DNA of 36,911 nt from Naegleria gruberi (taxonomy: Eukaryota): the NCBI GenBank assembly GCA_000004985.1, contig GG739031.1; one strand, given 5' to 3'. The notes beneath the pieces were generated by a model. That model had not been told where the DNA came from. It did no database searches and saw nothing but the letters and a program-made list of their open reading frames with translations. Position numbers and translations under genes: made by a program. Every line of letters starts with the position of its first letter. The stretch's first letter is position 1. Positions 22,001 to 31,154 of this stretch are shown here, in pieces.

Positions 22001-25000
22001 NNNNNNNNNNNNNNNNNNNNNNNNNNNNNNNNNNNNNNNNNNNNNNNNNNNNNNNNNNNNNNNNNNNNNNNNNNNNNNNNNNNNNNNNNNNNNNNNNNNN
22101 NNNNNNNNNNNNNNNNNNNNNNNNNNNNNNNNNNNNNNNNNNNNNNNNNNNNNNNNNNNNNNNNNNNNNNNNNNNNNNNNNNNNNNNNNNNNNNNNNNNN
22201 NNNNNNNNNNNNNNNNNNNNNNNNNNNNNNNNNNNNNNNNNNNNNNNNNNNNNNNNNNNNNNNNNNNNNNNNNNNNNNNNNNNNNNNNNNNNNNNNNNNN
22301 NNNNNNNNNNNNNNNNNNNNNNNNNNNNNNNNNNNNNNNNNNNNNNNNNNNNNNNNNNNNNNNNNNNNNNNNNNNNNNNNNNNNNNNNNNNNNNNNNNNN
22401 NNNNNNNNNNNNNNNNNNNNNNNNNNNNNNNNNNNNNNNNNNNNNNNNNNNNNNNNNNNNNNNNNNNNNNNNNNNNNNNNNNNNNNNNNNNNNNNNNNNN
22501 NNNNNNNNNNNNNNNNNNNNNNNNNNNNNNNNNNNNNNNNNNNNNNNNNNNNNNNNNNNNNNNNNNNNNNNNNNNNNNNNNNNNNNNNNNNNNNNNNNNN
22601 NNNNNNNNNNNNNNNNNNNNNNNNNNNNNNNNNNNNNNNNNNNNNNNNNNNNNNNNNNNNNNNNNNNNNNNNNNNNNNNNNNNNNNNNNNNNNNNNNNNN
22701 NNNNNNNNNNNNNNNNNNNNNNNNNNNNNNNNNNNNNNNNNNNNNNNNNNNNNNNNNNNNNNNNNNNNNNNNNNNNNNNNNNNNNNNNNNNNNNNNNNNN
22801 NNNNNNNNNNNNNNNNNNNNNNNNNNNNNNNNNNNNNNNNNNNNNNNNNNNNNNNNNNNNNNNNNNNNNNNNNNNNNNNNNNNNNNNNNNNNNNNNNNNN
22901 NNNNNNNNNNNNNNNNNNNNNNNNNNNNNNNNNNNNNNNNNNNNNNNNNNNNNNNNNNNNNNNNNNNNNNNNNNNNNNNNNNNNNNNNNNNNNNNNNNNN
23001 NNNNNNNNNNNNNNNNNNNNNNNNNNNNNNNNNNNNNNNNNNNNNNNNNNNNNNNNNNNNNNNNNNNNNNNNNNNNNNNNNNNNNNNNNNNNNNNNNNNN
23101 NNNNNNNNNNNNNNNNNNNNNNNNNNNNNNNNNNNNNNNNNNNNNNNNNNNNNNNNNNNNNNNNNNNNNNNNNNNNNNNNNNNNNNNNNNNNNNNNNNNN
23201 NNNNNNNNNNNNNNNNNNNNNNNNNNNNNNNNNNNNNNNNNNNNNNNNNNNNNNNNNNNNNNNNNNNNNNNNNNNNNNNNNNNNNNNNNNNNNNNNNNNN
23301 NNNNNNNNNNNNNNNNNNNNNNNNNNNNNNNNNNNNNNNNNNNNNNNNNNNNNNNNNNNNNNNNNNNNNNNNNNNNNNNNNNNNNNNNNNNNNNNNNNNN
23401 NNNNNNNNNNNNNNNNNNNNNNNNNNNNNNNNNNNNNNNNNNNNNNNNNNNNNNNNNNNNNNNNNNNNNNNNNNNNNNNNNNNNNNNNNNNNNNNNNNNN
23501 NNNNNNNNNNNNNNNNNNNNNNNNNNNNNNNNNNNNNNNNNNNNNNNNNNNNNNNNNNNNNNNNNNNNNNNNNNNNNNNNNNNNNNNNNNNNNNNNNNNN
23601 NNNNNNNNNNNNNNNNNNNNNNNNNNNNNNNNNNNNNNNNNNNNNNNNNNNNNNNNNNNNNNNNNNNNNNNNNNNNNNNNNNNNNNNNNNNNNNNNNNNN
23701 NNNNNNNNNNNNNNNNNNNNNNNNNNNNNNNNNNNNNNNNNNNNNNNNNNNNNNNNNNNNNNNNNNNNNNNNNNNNNNNNNNNNNNNNNNNNNNNNNNNN
23801 NNNNNNNNNNNNNNNNNNNNNNNNNNNNNNNNNNNNNNNNNNNNNNNNNNNNNNNNNNNNNNNNNNNNNNNNNNNNNNNNNNNNNNNNNNNNNNNNNNNN
23901 NNNNNNNNNNNNNNNNNNNNNNNNNNNNNNNNNNNNNNNNNNNNNNNNNNNNNNNNNNNNNNNNNNNNNNNNNNNNNNNNNNNNNNNNNNNNNNNNNNNN
24001 NNNNNNNNNNNNNNNNNNNNNNNNNNNNNNNNNNNNNNNNNNNNNNNNNNNNNNNNNNNNNNNNNNNNNNNNNNNNNNNNNNNNNNNNNNNNNNNNNNNN
24101 NNNNNNNNNNNNNNNNNNNNNNNNNNNNNNNNNNNNNNNNNNNNNNNNNNNNNNNNNNNNNNNNNNNNNNNNNNNNNNNNNNNNNNNNNNNNNNNNNNNN
24201 NNNNNNNNNNNNNNNNNNNNNNNNNNNNNNNNNNNNNNNNNNNNNNNNNNNNNNNNNNNNNNNNNNNNNNNNNNNNNNNNNNNNNNNNNNNNNNNNNNNN
24301 NNNNNNNNNNNNNNNNNNNNNNNNNNNNNNNNNNNNNNNNNNNNNNNNNNNNNNNNNNNNNNNNNNNNNNNNNNNNNNNNNNNNNNNNNNNNNNNNNNNN
24401 NNNNNNNNNNNNNNNNNNNNNNNNNNNNNNNNNNNNNNNNNNNNNNNNNNNNNNNNNNNNNNNNNNNNNNNNNNNNNNNNNNNNNNNNNNNNNNNNNNNN
24501 NNNNNNNNNNNNNNNNNNNNNNNNNNNNNNNNNNNNNNNNNNNNNNNNNNNNNNNNNNNNNNNNNNNNNNNNNNNNNNNNNNNNNNNNNNNNNNNNNNNN
24601 NNNNNNNNNNNNNNNNNNNNNNNNNNNNNNNNNNNNNNNNNNNNNNNNNNNNNNNNNNNNNNNNNNNNNNNNNNNNNNNNNNNNNNNNNNNNNNNNNNNN
24701 NNNNNNNNNNNNNNNNNNNNNNNNNNNNNNNNNNNNNNNNNNNNNNNNNNNNNNNNNNNNNNNNNNNNNNNNNNNNNNNNNNNNNNNNNNNNNNNNNNNN
24801 NNNNNNNNNNNNNNNNNNNNNNNNNNNNNNNNNNNNNNNNNNNNNNNNNNNNNNNNNNNNNNNNNNNNNNNNNNNNNNNNNNNNNNNNNNNNNNNNNNNN
24901 NNNNNNNNNNNNNNNNNNNNNNNNNNNNNNNNNNNNNNNNNNNNNNNNNNNNNNNNNNNNNNNNNNNNNNNNNNNNNNNNNNNNNNNNNNNNNNNNNNNN

Positions 25001-27929
25001 NNNNNNNNNNNNNNNNNNNNNNNNNNNNNNNNNNNNNNNNNNNNNNNNNNNNNNNNNNNNNNNNNNNNNNNNNNNNNNNNNNNNNNNNNNNNNNNNNNNN
25101 NNNNNNNNNNNNNNNNNNNNNNNNNNNNNNNNNNNNNNNNNNNNNNNNNNNNNNNNNNNNNNNNNNNNNNNNNNNNNNNNNNNNNNNNNNNNNNNNNNNN
25201 NNNNNNNNNNNNNNNNNNNNNNNNNNNNNNNNNNNNNNNNNNNNNNNNNNNNNNNNNNNNNNNNNNNNNNNNNNNNNNNNNNNNNNNNNNNNNNNNNNNN
25301 NNNNNNNNNNNNNNNNNNNNNNNNNNNNNNNNNNNNNNNNNNNNNNNNNNNNNNNNNNNNNNNNNNNNNNNNNNNNNNNNNNNNNNNNNNNNNNNNNNNN
25401 NNNNNNNNNNNNNNNNNNNNNNNNNNNNNNNNNNNNNNNNNNNNNNNNNNNNNNNNNNNNNNNNNNNNNNNNNNNNNNNNNNNNNNNNNNNNNNNNNNNN
25501 NNNNNNNNNNNNNNNNNNNNNNNNNNNNNNNNNNNNNNNNNNNNNNNNNNNNNNNNNNNNNNNNNNNNNNNNNNNNNNNNNNNNNNNNNNNNNNNNNNNN
25601 NNNNNNNNNNNNNNNNNNNNNNNNNNNNNNNNNNNNNNNNNNNNNNNNNNNNNNNNNNNNNNNNNNNNNNNNNNNNNNNNNNNNNNNNNNNNNNNNNNNN
25701 NNNNNNNNNNNNNNNNNNNNNNNNNNNNNNNNNNNNNNNNNNNNNNNNNNNNNNNNNNNNNNNNNNNNNNNNNNNNNNNNNNNNNNNNNNNNNNNNNNNN
25801 NNNNNNNNNNNNNNNNNNNNNNNNNNNNNNNNNNNNNNNNNNNNNNNNNNNNNNNNNNNNNNNNNNNNNNNNNNNNNNNNNNNNNNNNNNNNNNNNNNNN
25901 NNNNNNNNNNNNNNNNNNNNNNNNNNNNNNNNNNNNNNNNNNNNNNNNNNNNNNNNNNNNNNNNNNNNNNNNNNNNNNNNNNNNNNNNNNNNNNNNNNNN
26001 NNNNNNNNNNNNNNNNNNNNNNNNNNNNNNNNNNNNNNNNNNNNNNNNNNNNNNNNNNNNNNNNNNNNNNNNNNNNNNNNNNNNNNNNNNNNNNNNNNNN
26101 NNNNNNNNNNNNNNNNNNNNNNNNNNNNNNNNNNNNNNNNNNNNNNNNNNNNNNNNNNNNNNNNNNNNNNNNNNNNNNNNNNNNNNNNNNNNNNNNNNNN
26201 NNNNNNNNNNNNNNNNNNNNNNNNNNNNNNNNNNNNNNNNNNNNNNNNNNNNNNNNNNNNNNNNNNNNNNNNNNNNNNNNNNNNNNNNNNNNNNNNNNNN
26301 NNNNNNNNNNNNNNNNNNNNNNNNNNNNNNNNNNNNNNNNNNNNNNNNNNNNNNNNNNNNNNNNNNNNNNNNNNNNNNNNNNNNNNNNNNNNNNNNNNNN
26401 NNNNNNNNNNNNNNNNNNNNNNNNNNNNNNNNNNNNNNNNNNNNNNNNNNNNNNNNNNNNNNNNNNNNNNNNNNNNNNNNNNNNNNNNNNNNNNNNNNNN
26501 NNNNNNNNNNNNNNNNNNNNNNNNNNNNNNNNNNNNNNNNNNNNNNNNNNNNNNNNNNNNNNNNNNNNNNNNNNNNNNNNNNNNNNNNNNNNNNNNNNNN
26601 NNNNNNNNNNNNNNNNNNNNNNNNNNNNNNNNNNNNNNNNNNNNNNNNNNNNNNNNNNNNNNNNNNNNNNNNNNNNNNNNNNNNNNNNNNNNNNNNNNNN
26701 NNNNNNNNNNNNNNNNNNNNNNNNNNNNNNNNNNNNNNNNNNNNNNNNNNNNNNNNNNNNNNNNNNNNNNNNNNNNNNNNNNNNNNNNNNNNNNNNNNNN
26801 NNNNNNNNNNNNNNNNNNNNNNNNNNNNNNNNNNNNNNNNNNNNNNNNNNNNNNNNNNNNNNNNNNNNNNNNNNNNNNNNNNNNNNNNNNNNNNNNNNNN
26901 NNNNNNNNNNNNNNNNNNNNNNNNNNNNNNNNNNNNNNNNNNNNNNNNNNNNNNNNNNNNNNNNNNNNNNNNNNNNNNNNNNNNNNNNNNNNNNNNNNNN
27001 NNNNNNNNNNNNNNNNNNNNNNNNNNNNNNNNNNNNNNNNNNNNNNNNNNNNNNNNNNNNNNNNNNNNNNNNNNNNNNNNNNNNNNNNNNNNNNNNNNNN
27101 NNNNNNNNNNNNNNNNNNNNNNNNNNNNNNNNNNNNNNNNNNNNNNNNNNNNNNNNNNNNNNNNNNNNNNNNNNNNNNNNNNNNNNNNNNNNNNNNNNNN
27201 NNNNNNNNNNNNNNNNNNNNNNNNNNNNNNNNNNNNNNNNNNNNNNNNNNNNNNNNNNNNNNNNNNNNNNNNNNNNNNNNNNNNNNNNNNNNNNNNNNNN
27301 NNNNNNNNNNNNNNNNNNNNNNNNNNNNNNNNNNNNNNNNNNNNNNNNNNNNNNNNNNNNNNNNNNNNNNNNNNNNNNNNNNNNNNNNNNNNNNNNNNNN
27401 NNNNNNNNNNNNNNNNNNNNNNNNNNNNNNNNNNNNNNNNNNNNNNNNNNNNNNNNNNNNNNNNNNNNNNNNNNNNNNNNNNNNNNNNNNNNNNNNNNNN
27501 NNNNNNNNNNNNNNNNNNNNNNNNNNNNNNNNNNNNNNNNNNNNNNNNNNNNNNNNNNNNNNNNNNNNNNNNNNNNNNNNNNNNNNNNNNNNNNNNNNNN
27601 NNNNNNNNNNNNNNNNNNNNNNNNNNNNNNNNNNNNNNNNNNNNNNNNNNNNNNNNNNNNNNNNNNNNNNNNNNNNNNNNNNNNNNNNNNNNNNNNNNNN
27701 NNNNNNNNNNNNNNNNNNNNNNNNNNNNNNNNNNNNNNNNNNNNNNNNNNNNNNNNNNNNNNNNNNNNNNNNNNNNNNNNNNNNNNNNNNNNNNNNNNNN
27801 NNNNNNNNNNNNNNNNNNNNNNNNNNNNNNNNNNNNNNNNNNNNNNNNNNNNNNNNNNNNNNNNNNNNNNNNNNNNNNNNNNNNNNNNNNNNNNNNNNNN
27901 NNNNNNNNNNNNNNNNNNNNNNNNNNNNN
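1093..27929. other. Run of 26,837 N (sized assembly gap or masked region)
   Basis: Uninterrupted n characters. The 9,000-aa 'ORFs' in the supplied track across this span are poly-X artefacts. Confidence 1.
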
Positions 27930-28011
27930 ACATCCACAACATACTGTATGGCTGGGTCAATCCAATCACTCTTAGCAATGGAGAATACAATCTTAATATT
28001 ACAATAGTGTC

Positions 28012-28017
28012 TTTATT
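28012..28017 (-). promoter_or_regulatory. AATAAA polyadenylation signal overlapping the kinase stop codon
   Basis: The minus strand reads ...CTT CAA TAA AGA..., so AATAAA spans the TAA stop. Confidence 0.35.
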
Positions 28018-28906
28018 GAAGAGTGGAGAGACGATCCAAAATTTCATCAAGTGTGATTCTGTCAGCAGTGTTTAATCTGAGCATTGAAATTACCAATTCA
28101 ACGAGTCCTGTAGAGTATGGATAGTGTTGATTCTTGATAATGCTTGATCTGAGATGATTCATTACCTTTTCTTCATTACCATACTTCATAATGAGACCAT
28201 TAATCATGGTGACAGTATCAAAAGTAAGGAGTTGGTAACACGTTACACCCAAAGCAAAAATGTCAGCAGAAGCAAACATGGCAGTATTTTCTTCCAATTC
28301 TTCAGAAATGTCCAAAAGTTCTGGTGGAATGAATTGAAGAGAACCAGCTTGTTGAATATCACTTGCAGAATCACTGACTGATTTGGATAAACGGAATCCA
28401 ATTAAAACAGTGTCAATATTTTCAGAAGGATCCCATTCTCTCAGTAAAATATTATGTGGTTTGATGTTTCTGTGAACAATCTTGTGTTTGTTCATGTATT
28501 GGAGGGTACCAATGATTTGAGAAATAAACTTCTTAATGACTGCTTCTTTCAAAACAACTTTTTGTTTGATAAGGCTCTCAAGACTTCCCTTGTCGTAGTA
28601 ATCCATTTCCACACAGAGCGTACTCTTGTTTGTAAGATCGTTTGAGTTTTGGTTATTCTCTGGAATTTTGCATTTCAAAACAGCAACATCTCTAACACCA
28701 ATAATGTGGTCTTGTCTTAATTTGATTAAATTCATGGCTGATTTGAGAGACTTGTTGAGAGCTTCGGTACTAAAGAAATCTACCAATTTTACAGCAATTA
28801 CTGGAGGATCATCTTTTCCTCTATTAAATTTCTTTGCCTTGTATACATATCCGTTAGTTCCCTTGCCTAAAAGTTGCATCTTTCTATATCTTTCCTTCAA
28901 AATCAT
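28013..28906 (-). CDS. Protein-kinase-fold domain, predicted catalytically inactive (pseudokinase); the N-terminus may continue into the 50-N gap
   Basis: Motifs present in order: glycine loop LGKGTNGYVY; VAIK-like IAVK with Lys40 (codon 28787-28789); catalytic loop HRNIKPHN (28466-28474) where HRD-Asp is Asn; the DFG position reads IGFR (~28391-28399) with no Asp; APE-like FIPPE; subdomain IX D(IFALG); subdomain XI Arg (RITLDEI). The frame upstream of the Met at 28906 is still open (Glu) at the gap edge. TAA stop at 28013-28015. Confidence 0.75.
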   Translation of the reverse strand: MILKERYRKMQLLGKGTNGYVYKAKKFNRGKDDPPVIAVKLVDFFSTEALNKSLKSAMNLIKLRQDHIIGVRDVAVLKCKIPENNQNSNDLTNKSTLCVEMDYYDKGSLESLIKQKVVLKEAVIKKFISQIIGTLQYMNKHKIVHRNIKPHNILLREWDPSENIDTVLIGFRLSKSVSDSASDIQQAGSLQFIPPELLDISEELEENTAMFASADIFALGVTCYQLLTFDTVTMINGLIMKYGNEEKVMNHLRSSIIKNQHYPYSTGLVELVISMLRLNTADRITLDEILDRLSTLQ

Positions 28907-28909
28907 TTC

Positions 28910-28959
28910 NNNNNNNNNNNNNNNNNNNNNNNNNNNNNNNNNNNNNNNNNNNNNNNNNN
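28910..28959. other. Run of 50 N (conventional unknown-size scaffold gap)
   Basis: Exactly 50 n. Reading frames on either side cannot be related through it. Confidence 1.
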
Positions 28960-29948
28960 ATGCATCTAGAAATCAACTGGAGTAGAAATCCAGTTGGAGA
29001 AGGAGTAAAGGTTGATTCAGTTACTCTAGGAACTGATGGAGAATGCGGTCTATTATTGATTGATGGAGGATATTGAGGAGGTAAAGTACTAGACACGCTA
29101 TTATAGAGTGGTGGAGCAGTTGATTGGGCAAATGGTTGTGTTTGAAGGAAATAGTTTGGTGGTGGTGGTTGAATAGGTTGATAGGTTTGAGGTTGCGCAT
29201 TTGAGAGTATTGGTTGATAGATAGATTGAGCTTGTTGGAATGTGTAAGAAGGAGGAGGTTGATTAAGAGTTGGTTGGTTAATAATCAAATTGCCTTGGTA
29301 TGAAGGAGGTGAAACAATTTGAGGTTGAGGCACATTCCCATATACAAGTGCATTCAAATCAATTCCGTTATGTTTGACTCTTTCTTCGCAGGTCAATCCA
29401 AATTCATCTCTTATATACATATTTGCTCCATTTTTGATTAATGTCTTGACAACATTCCAGTGTTTGCATTGAATGGCAACTTGAAGAGAATTCATGTTGC
29501 GATCCATAACTTTCAAATCAACTTGAGCTCCATGTTTTATCAACCATTCAACTGCCTCTGGATTGTTATGTTTAGATAATGCATAGAGTGGTGTTTCACG
29601 TTCTTGATTCAAACAATCCACAATGAGAATGTTATGTTTAAGATTCTTAGTAATAAGATAATTAGCTCTTTCGAAATTCCTTATACGGAGAGCATTAATA
29701 AATTTTTCAACTTGAGTAGCAATTACTTGATTAACAATAATGTCCATGCTTGGATTTGTTGGAATGGTAACTGTTTTTGGCTTGGCACCCATTCTAATGA
29801 GATAGGAAGCAAATGGAATAAGATTTCTTTCCATACAATATTGTAAAATACTTCTTCCATAAATTATTCCATTAGTATTGCCTCCTCTTCTAATGAGGAA
29901 TTTCAACATTTTCATATTTACAGAATCTACAGCTACACCAAGAGCAGT
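28960..29948 (-). CDS. Exon 2 of an ankyrin-repeat protein: about four ANK repeats followed by a P/Q-rich low-complexity tail with four PPxY motifs; 3' end lost in the gap
   Basis: ANK-like units: TALGVAVDSVNMKMLKFLIRRGGNTN; GIIYGRSILQYCMERNLIPFASYLIRMGAKPK; ETPLYALSKHNNPEAVEWLIKHGAQVDLKV; NSLQVAIQCKHWNVVKTLIKNGANMYIRDEFGLT. The tail (~28989-29336) carries PPSY, PPPSY, PPPNY and PPQY. The frame is open to the gap edge (…SPTGFLLQLISRC). The exon starts right after a TAG acceptor, so the in-frame stop upstream of the track's 'M' at 29915 is the acceptor itself. Confidence 0.72.
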
Positions 29949-30092
29949 CTAATTTCCGTTTAATCCATTATTGTAAATTAAAATTCATTTCAATCACCAT
30001 TAAAATCTTCATATTAGAATTTTAAATACTTACGCACTAATCATCAATTAATTTATCAGTTAAATTATAAAGAAATATGAAAATTTACTTAC
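29949..30092 (-). other. Spliceosomal intron, 144 nt, ~25% GC (GTAAGT...AAATTAG)
   Basis: On the minus strand ...GAT ACT AGT GGA|GTAAGTAAATTTTC... ends in ...ggattaaacggaaatTAG|ACT GCT CTT GGT. Both flanks are in phase 0. Splicing joins ...INDCDTSG|TALGVAVDSVN... and completes an ankyrin repeat across the junction. The unspliced frame reaches a stop after 10 codons. Confidence 0.65.
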
Positions 30093-30548
30093 TCCACTAG
30101 TATCACAATCATTTATTCCGGCTTCTCTGTTATTGATCATGGCTTCAACCATTTCATAATTTCCCTCCCGAACCATCTTTAAAAGCAAGCTAATCTTTCC
30201 ATTGTTACCTTGTTGATAATTATTGTTAGCACAATTACTAGTATTACTACTCGTATTCATACCACTCGAATTATTATTAATATTATTAATATTATTATTA
30301 TAATTATTATTGCTACCCGGAAGAGAAGCTTGTCCAGATCCACCCGATCCCATCGCCATGCCCATCGAAGCAACCATAAAGGACGAAGATGACAATGGAC
30401 TCGTTGTCGTAGTGGTTGTTGTTGTTAGTAGTGGTGAGGAGGGTTTTTCATCAGCACCTCCTCCTGCTAAATCATCTTGTTGTTTTCCACCATCATCATT
30501 GCTCGAACTGGAGAGTTTCATTTTTTGTCGTAGTGTTTGAAAGACCAT
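30093..30548 (-). CDS. Exon 1 of the ankyrin-repeat protein: S/T/N-rich low-complexity N-terminus plus the first ANK repeat; start at 30548, or at the second Met at 30521
   Basis: The protein reads MVFQTLRQKMKLSSSSNDDGG...PLLTTTTTTTTSPLSSSS...NNNYNNNINNINNNSSG...GKISLLLKMVREGNYEMVEAMINNREAGINDCDTSG. Exactly 152 codons fit between 30548 and the donor at 30093. The second ATG (30519-30521) has a better A-rich context (aaaaATGaaa) than the first (cacgATGgtc). Confidence 0.6.
30219..30425 (-). repeat. Coding low-complexity region: (Thr)8 at 30402-30425 and an Asn-rich tract at ~30219-30314
   Basis: An ACN x8 codon run, and an AAT-dominated tract NNNYNNNINNINNNSSGMNTSSNTSNCANNNYQQGNNG. Confidence 0.6.
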
Positions 30549-30661
30549 CGTGATGCAAAGTTCATGTGTTGTTGTAGTTGATTGTCTATTGTTGTTGTTG
30601 GTGATGAAAGTTGTTGGTTAAAGAAAGTTTGGAGGGGTTGGTGTTGATCTTCCGAAAGAAG

Positions 30662-30668
30662 CTGAAAA
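30662..30668 (-). promoter_or_regulatory. TTTTCAG acceptor-like site 113 nt upstream of ATG(30548); candidate 5'UTR or trans-splice acceptor
   Basis: The minus strand reads tctttcgTTTTCAG|cttctttcgg..., a strong pyrimidine-tract acceptor with no detectable upstream exon in the readable sequence. Confidence 0.2.
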
Positions 30669-30821
30669 CGAAAGACTATTTTTTTTGTTTTTTGGCCAAG
30701 TCACTTGCCAAATAGAAGGCACATGTGAAAGGTGAATTAATTTTGGTATTTGTTGTGAATATGGGAGTGGATTTGATTGGTTGGACAGAAAGTTTGTGAA
30801 TATCTATGAACAACAAGTTCA

Positions 30822-30827
30822 TTTATT
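30822..30827 (-). promoter_or_regulatory. AATAAA polyadenylation signal, probably for the upstream minus-strand gene ending at 31053
   Basis: Minus strand ...ttattgtAATAAAtgaac..., ~230 nt 3' of the stop at 31053-31055. Confidence 0.3.
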
Positions 30828-31052
30828 ACAATAAAAACTTGATCAAGCAACAGACTTGGTTGTATCCTATTGTGTGATTTTCTCAGAAATTACGAACGCG
30901 CAAAGAAATCTCAATCCAACTTAATGACATAATTCAAATAGAACCAATAATGTTACCTATTCTCAACTTGCATCGTTTTCCAATTATCAATCCTATTCTG
31001 AAATATTAGAAAAGCTCCCAATTACCGTTGATAATTACAGAGAAGTATTACT

Positions 31053-31154
31053 TCATAGTAGTTGTCCTGGAATCCCAAAATTAAAAAAGATTGTAAACAG
31101 TCTTTTTAGATAAATTCCATTATGTAACTCAATCAATTTGAATAGCACAACATC
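31053..31154 (-). CDS. Possible C-terminal coding fragment (…DVVLFKLIELHNGIYLKRLFTIFFNFGIPGQLL*) of a minus-strand gene whose body lies in the N run
   Basis: A 33-codon open frame contiguous with the gap edge, followed by an AATAAA ~230 nt downstream. There is no domain evidence, so this is weak. Confidence 0.25.
   Translation of the reverse strand, partial: DVVLFKLIELHNGIYLKRLFTIFFNFGIPGQLL

Noticed and set aside
846-28075. Six giant ORFs of ~9,000 aa (846..28007, 901..27975, 940..28050, 1082..28075, 1088..27937) and two of 1,120-1,208 aa (31053..34679, 31138..34500) in the supplied track.
   Set aside because: They are translations of N runs (poly-X). Only their short readable ends carry information, and those were evaluated separately.
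28154-28985. Plus-strand ORFs 28154..28381, 28454..28645 and 28626..28985.
   Set aside because: They are antisense to the well-supported kinase CDS, have no domain-like sequence and show low-complexity or hydrophobic junk composition. 28626..28985 also runs through the 50-N gap.
29604-30540. Plus-strand ORFs 29604..29846, 30210..30392 and 30310..30540.
   Set aside because: They are antisense shadows of the ankyrin gene exons. The antisense of AAT/ACN-rich codons reads as I/V/T-rich runs. There is no independent support.
28013-30548. Identification of the ankyrin plus pseudokinase as integrin-linked kinase (ILK).
   Set aside because: ILK's pseudokinase has a far more diverged catalytic loop and no long PPxY-rich linker, whereas this domain retains an HRD-like HRNIKPHN. 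This is a domain-architecture analogy only.
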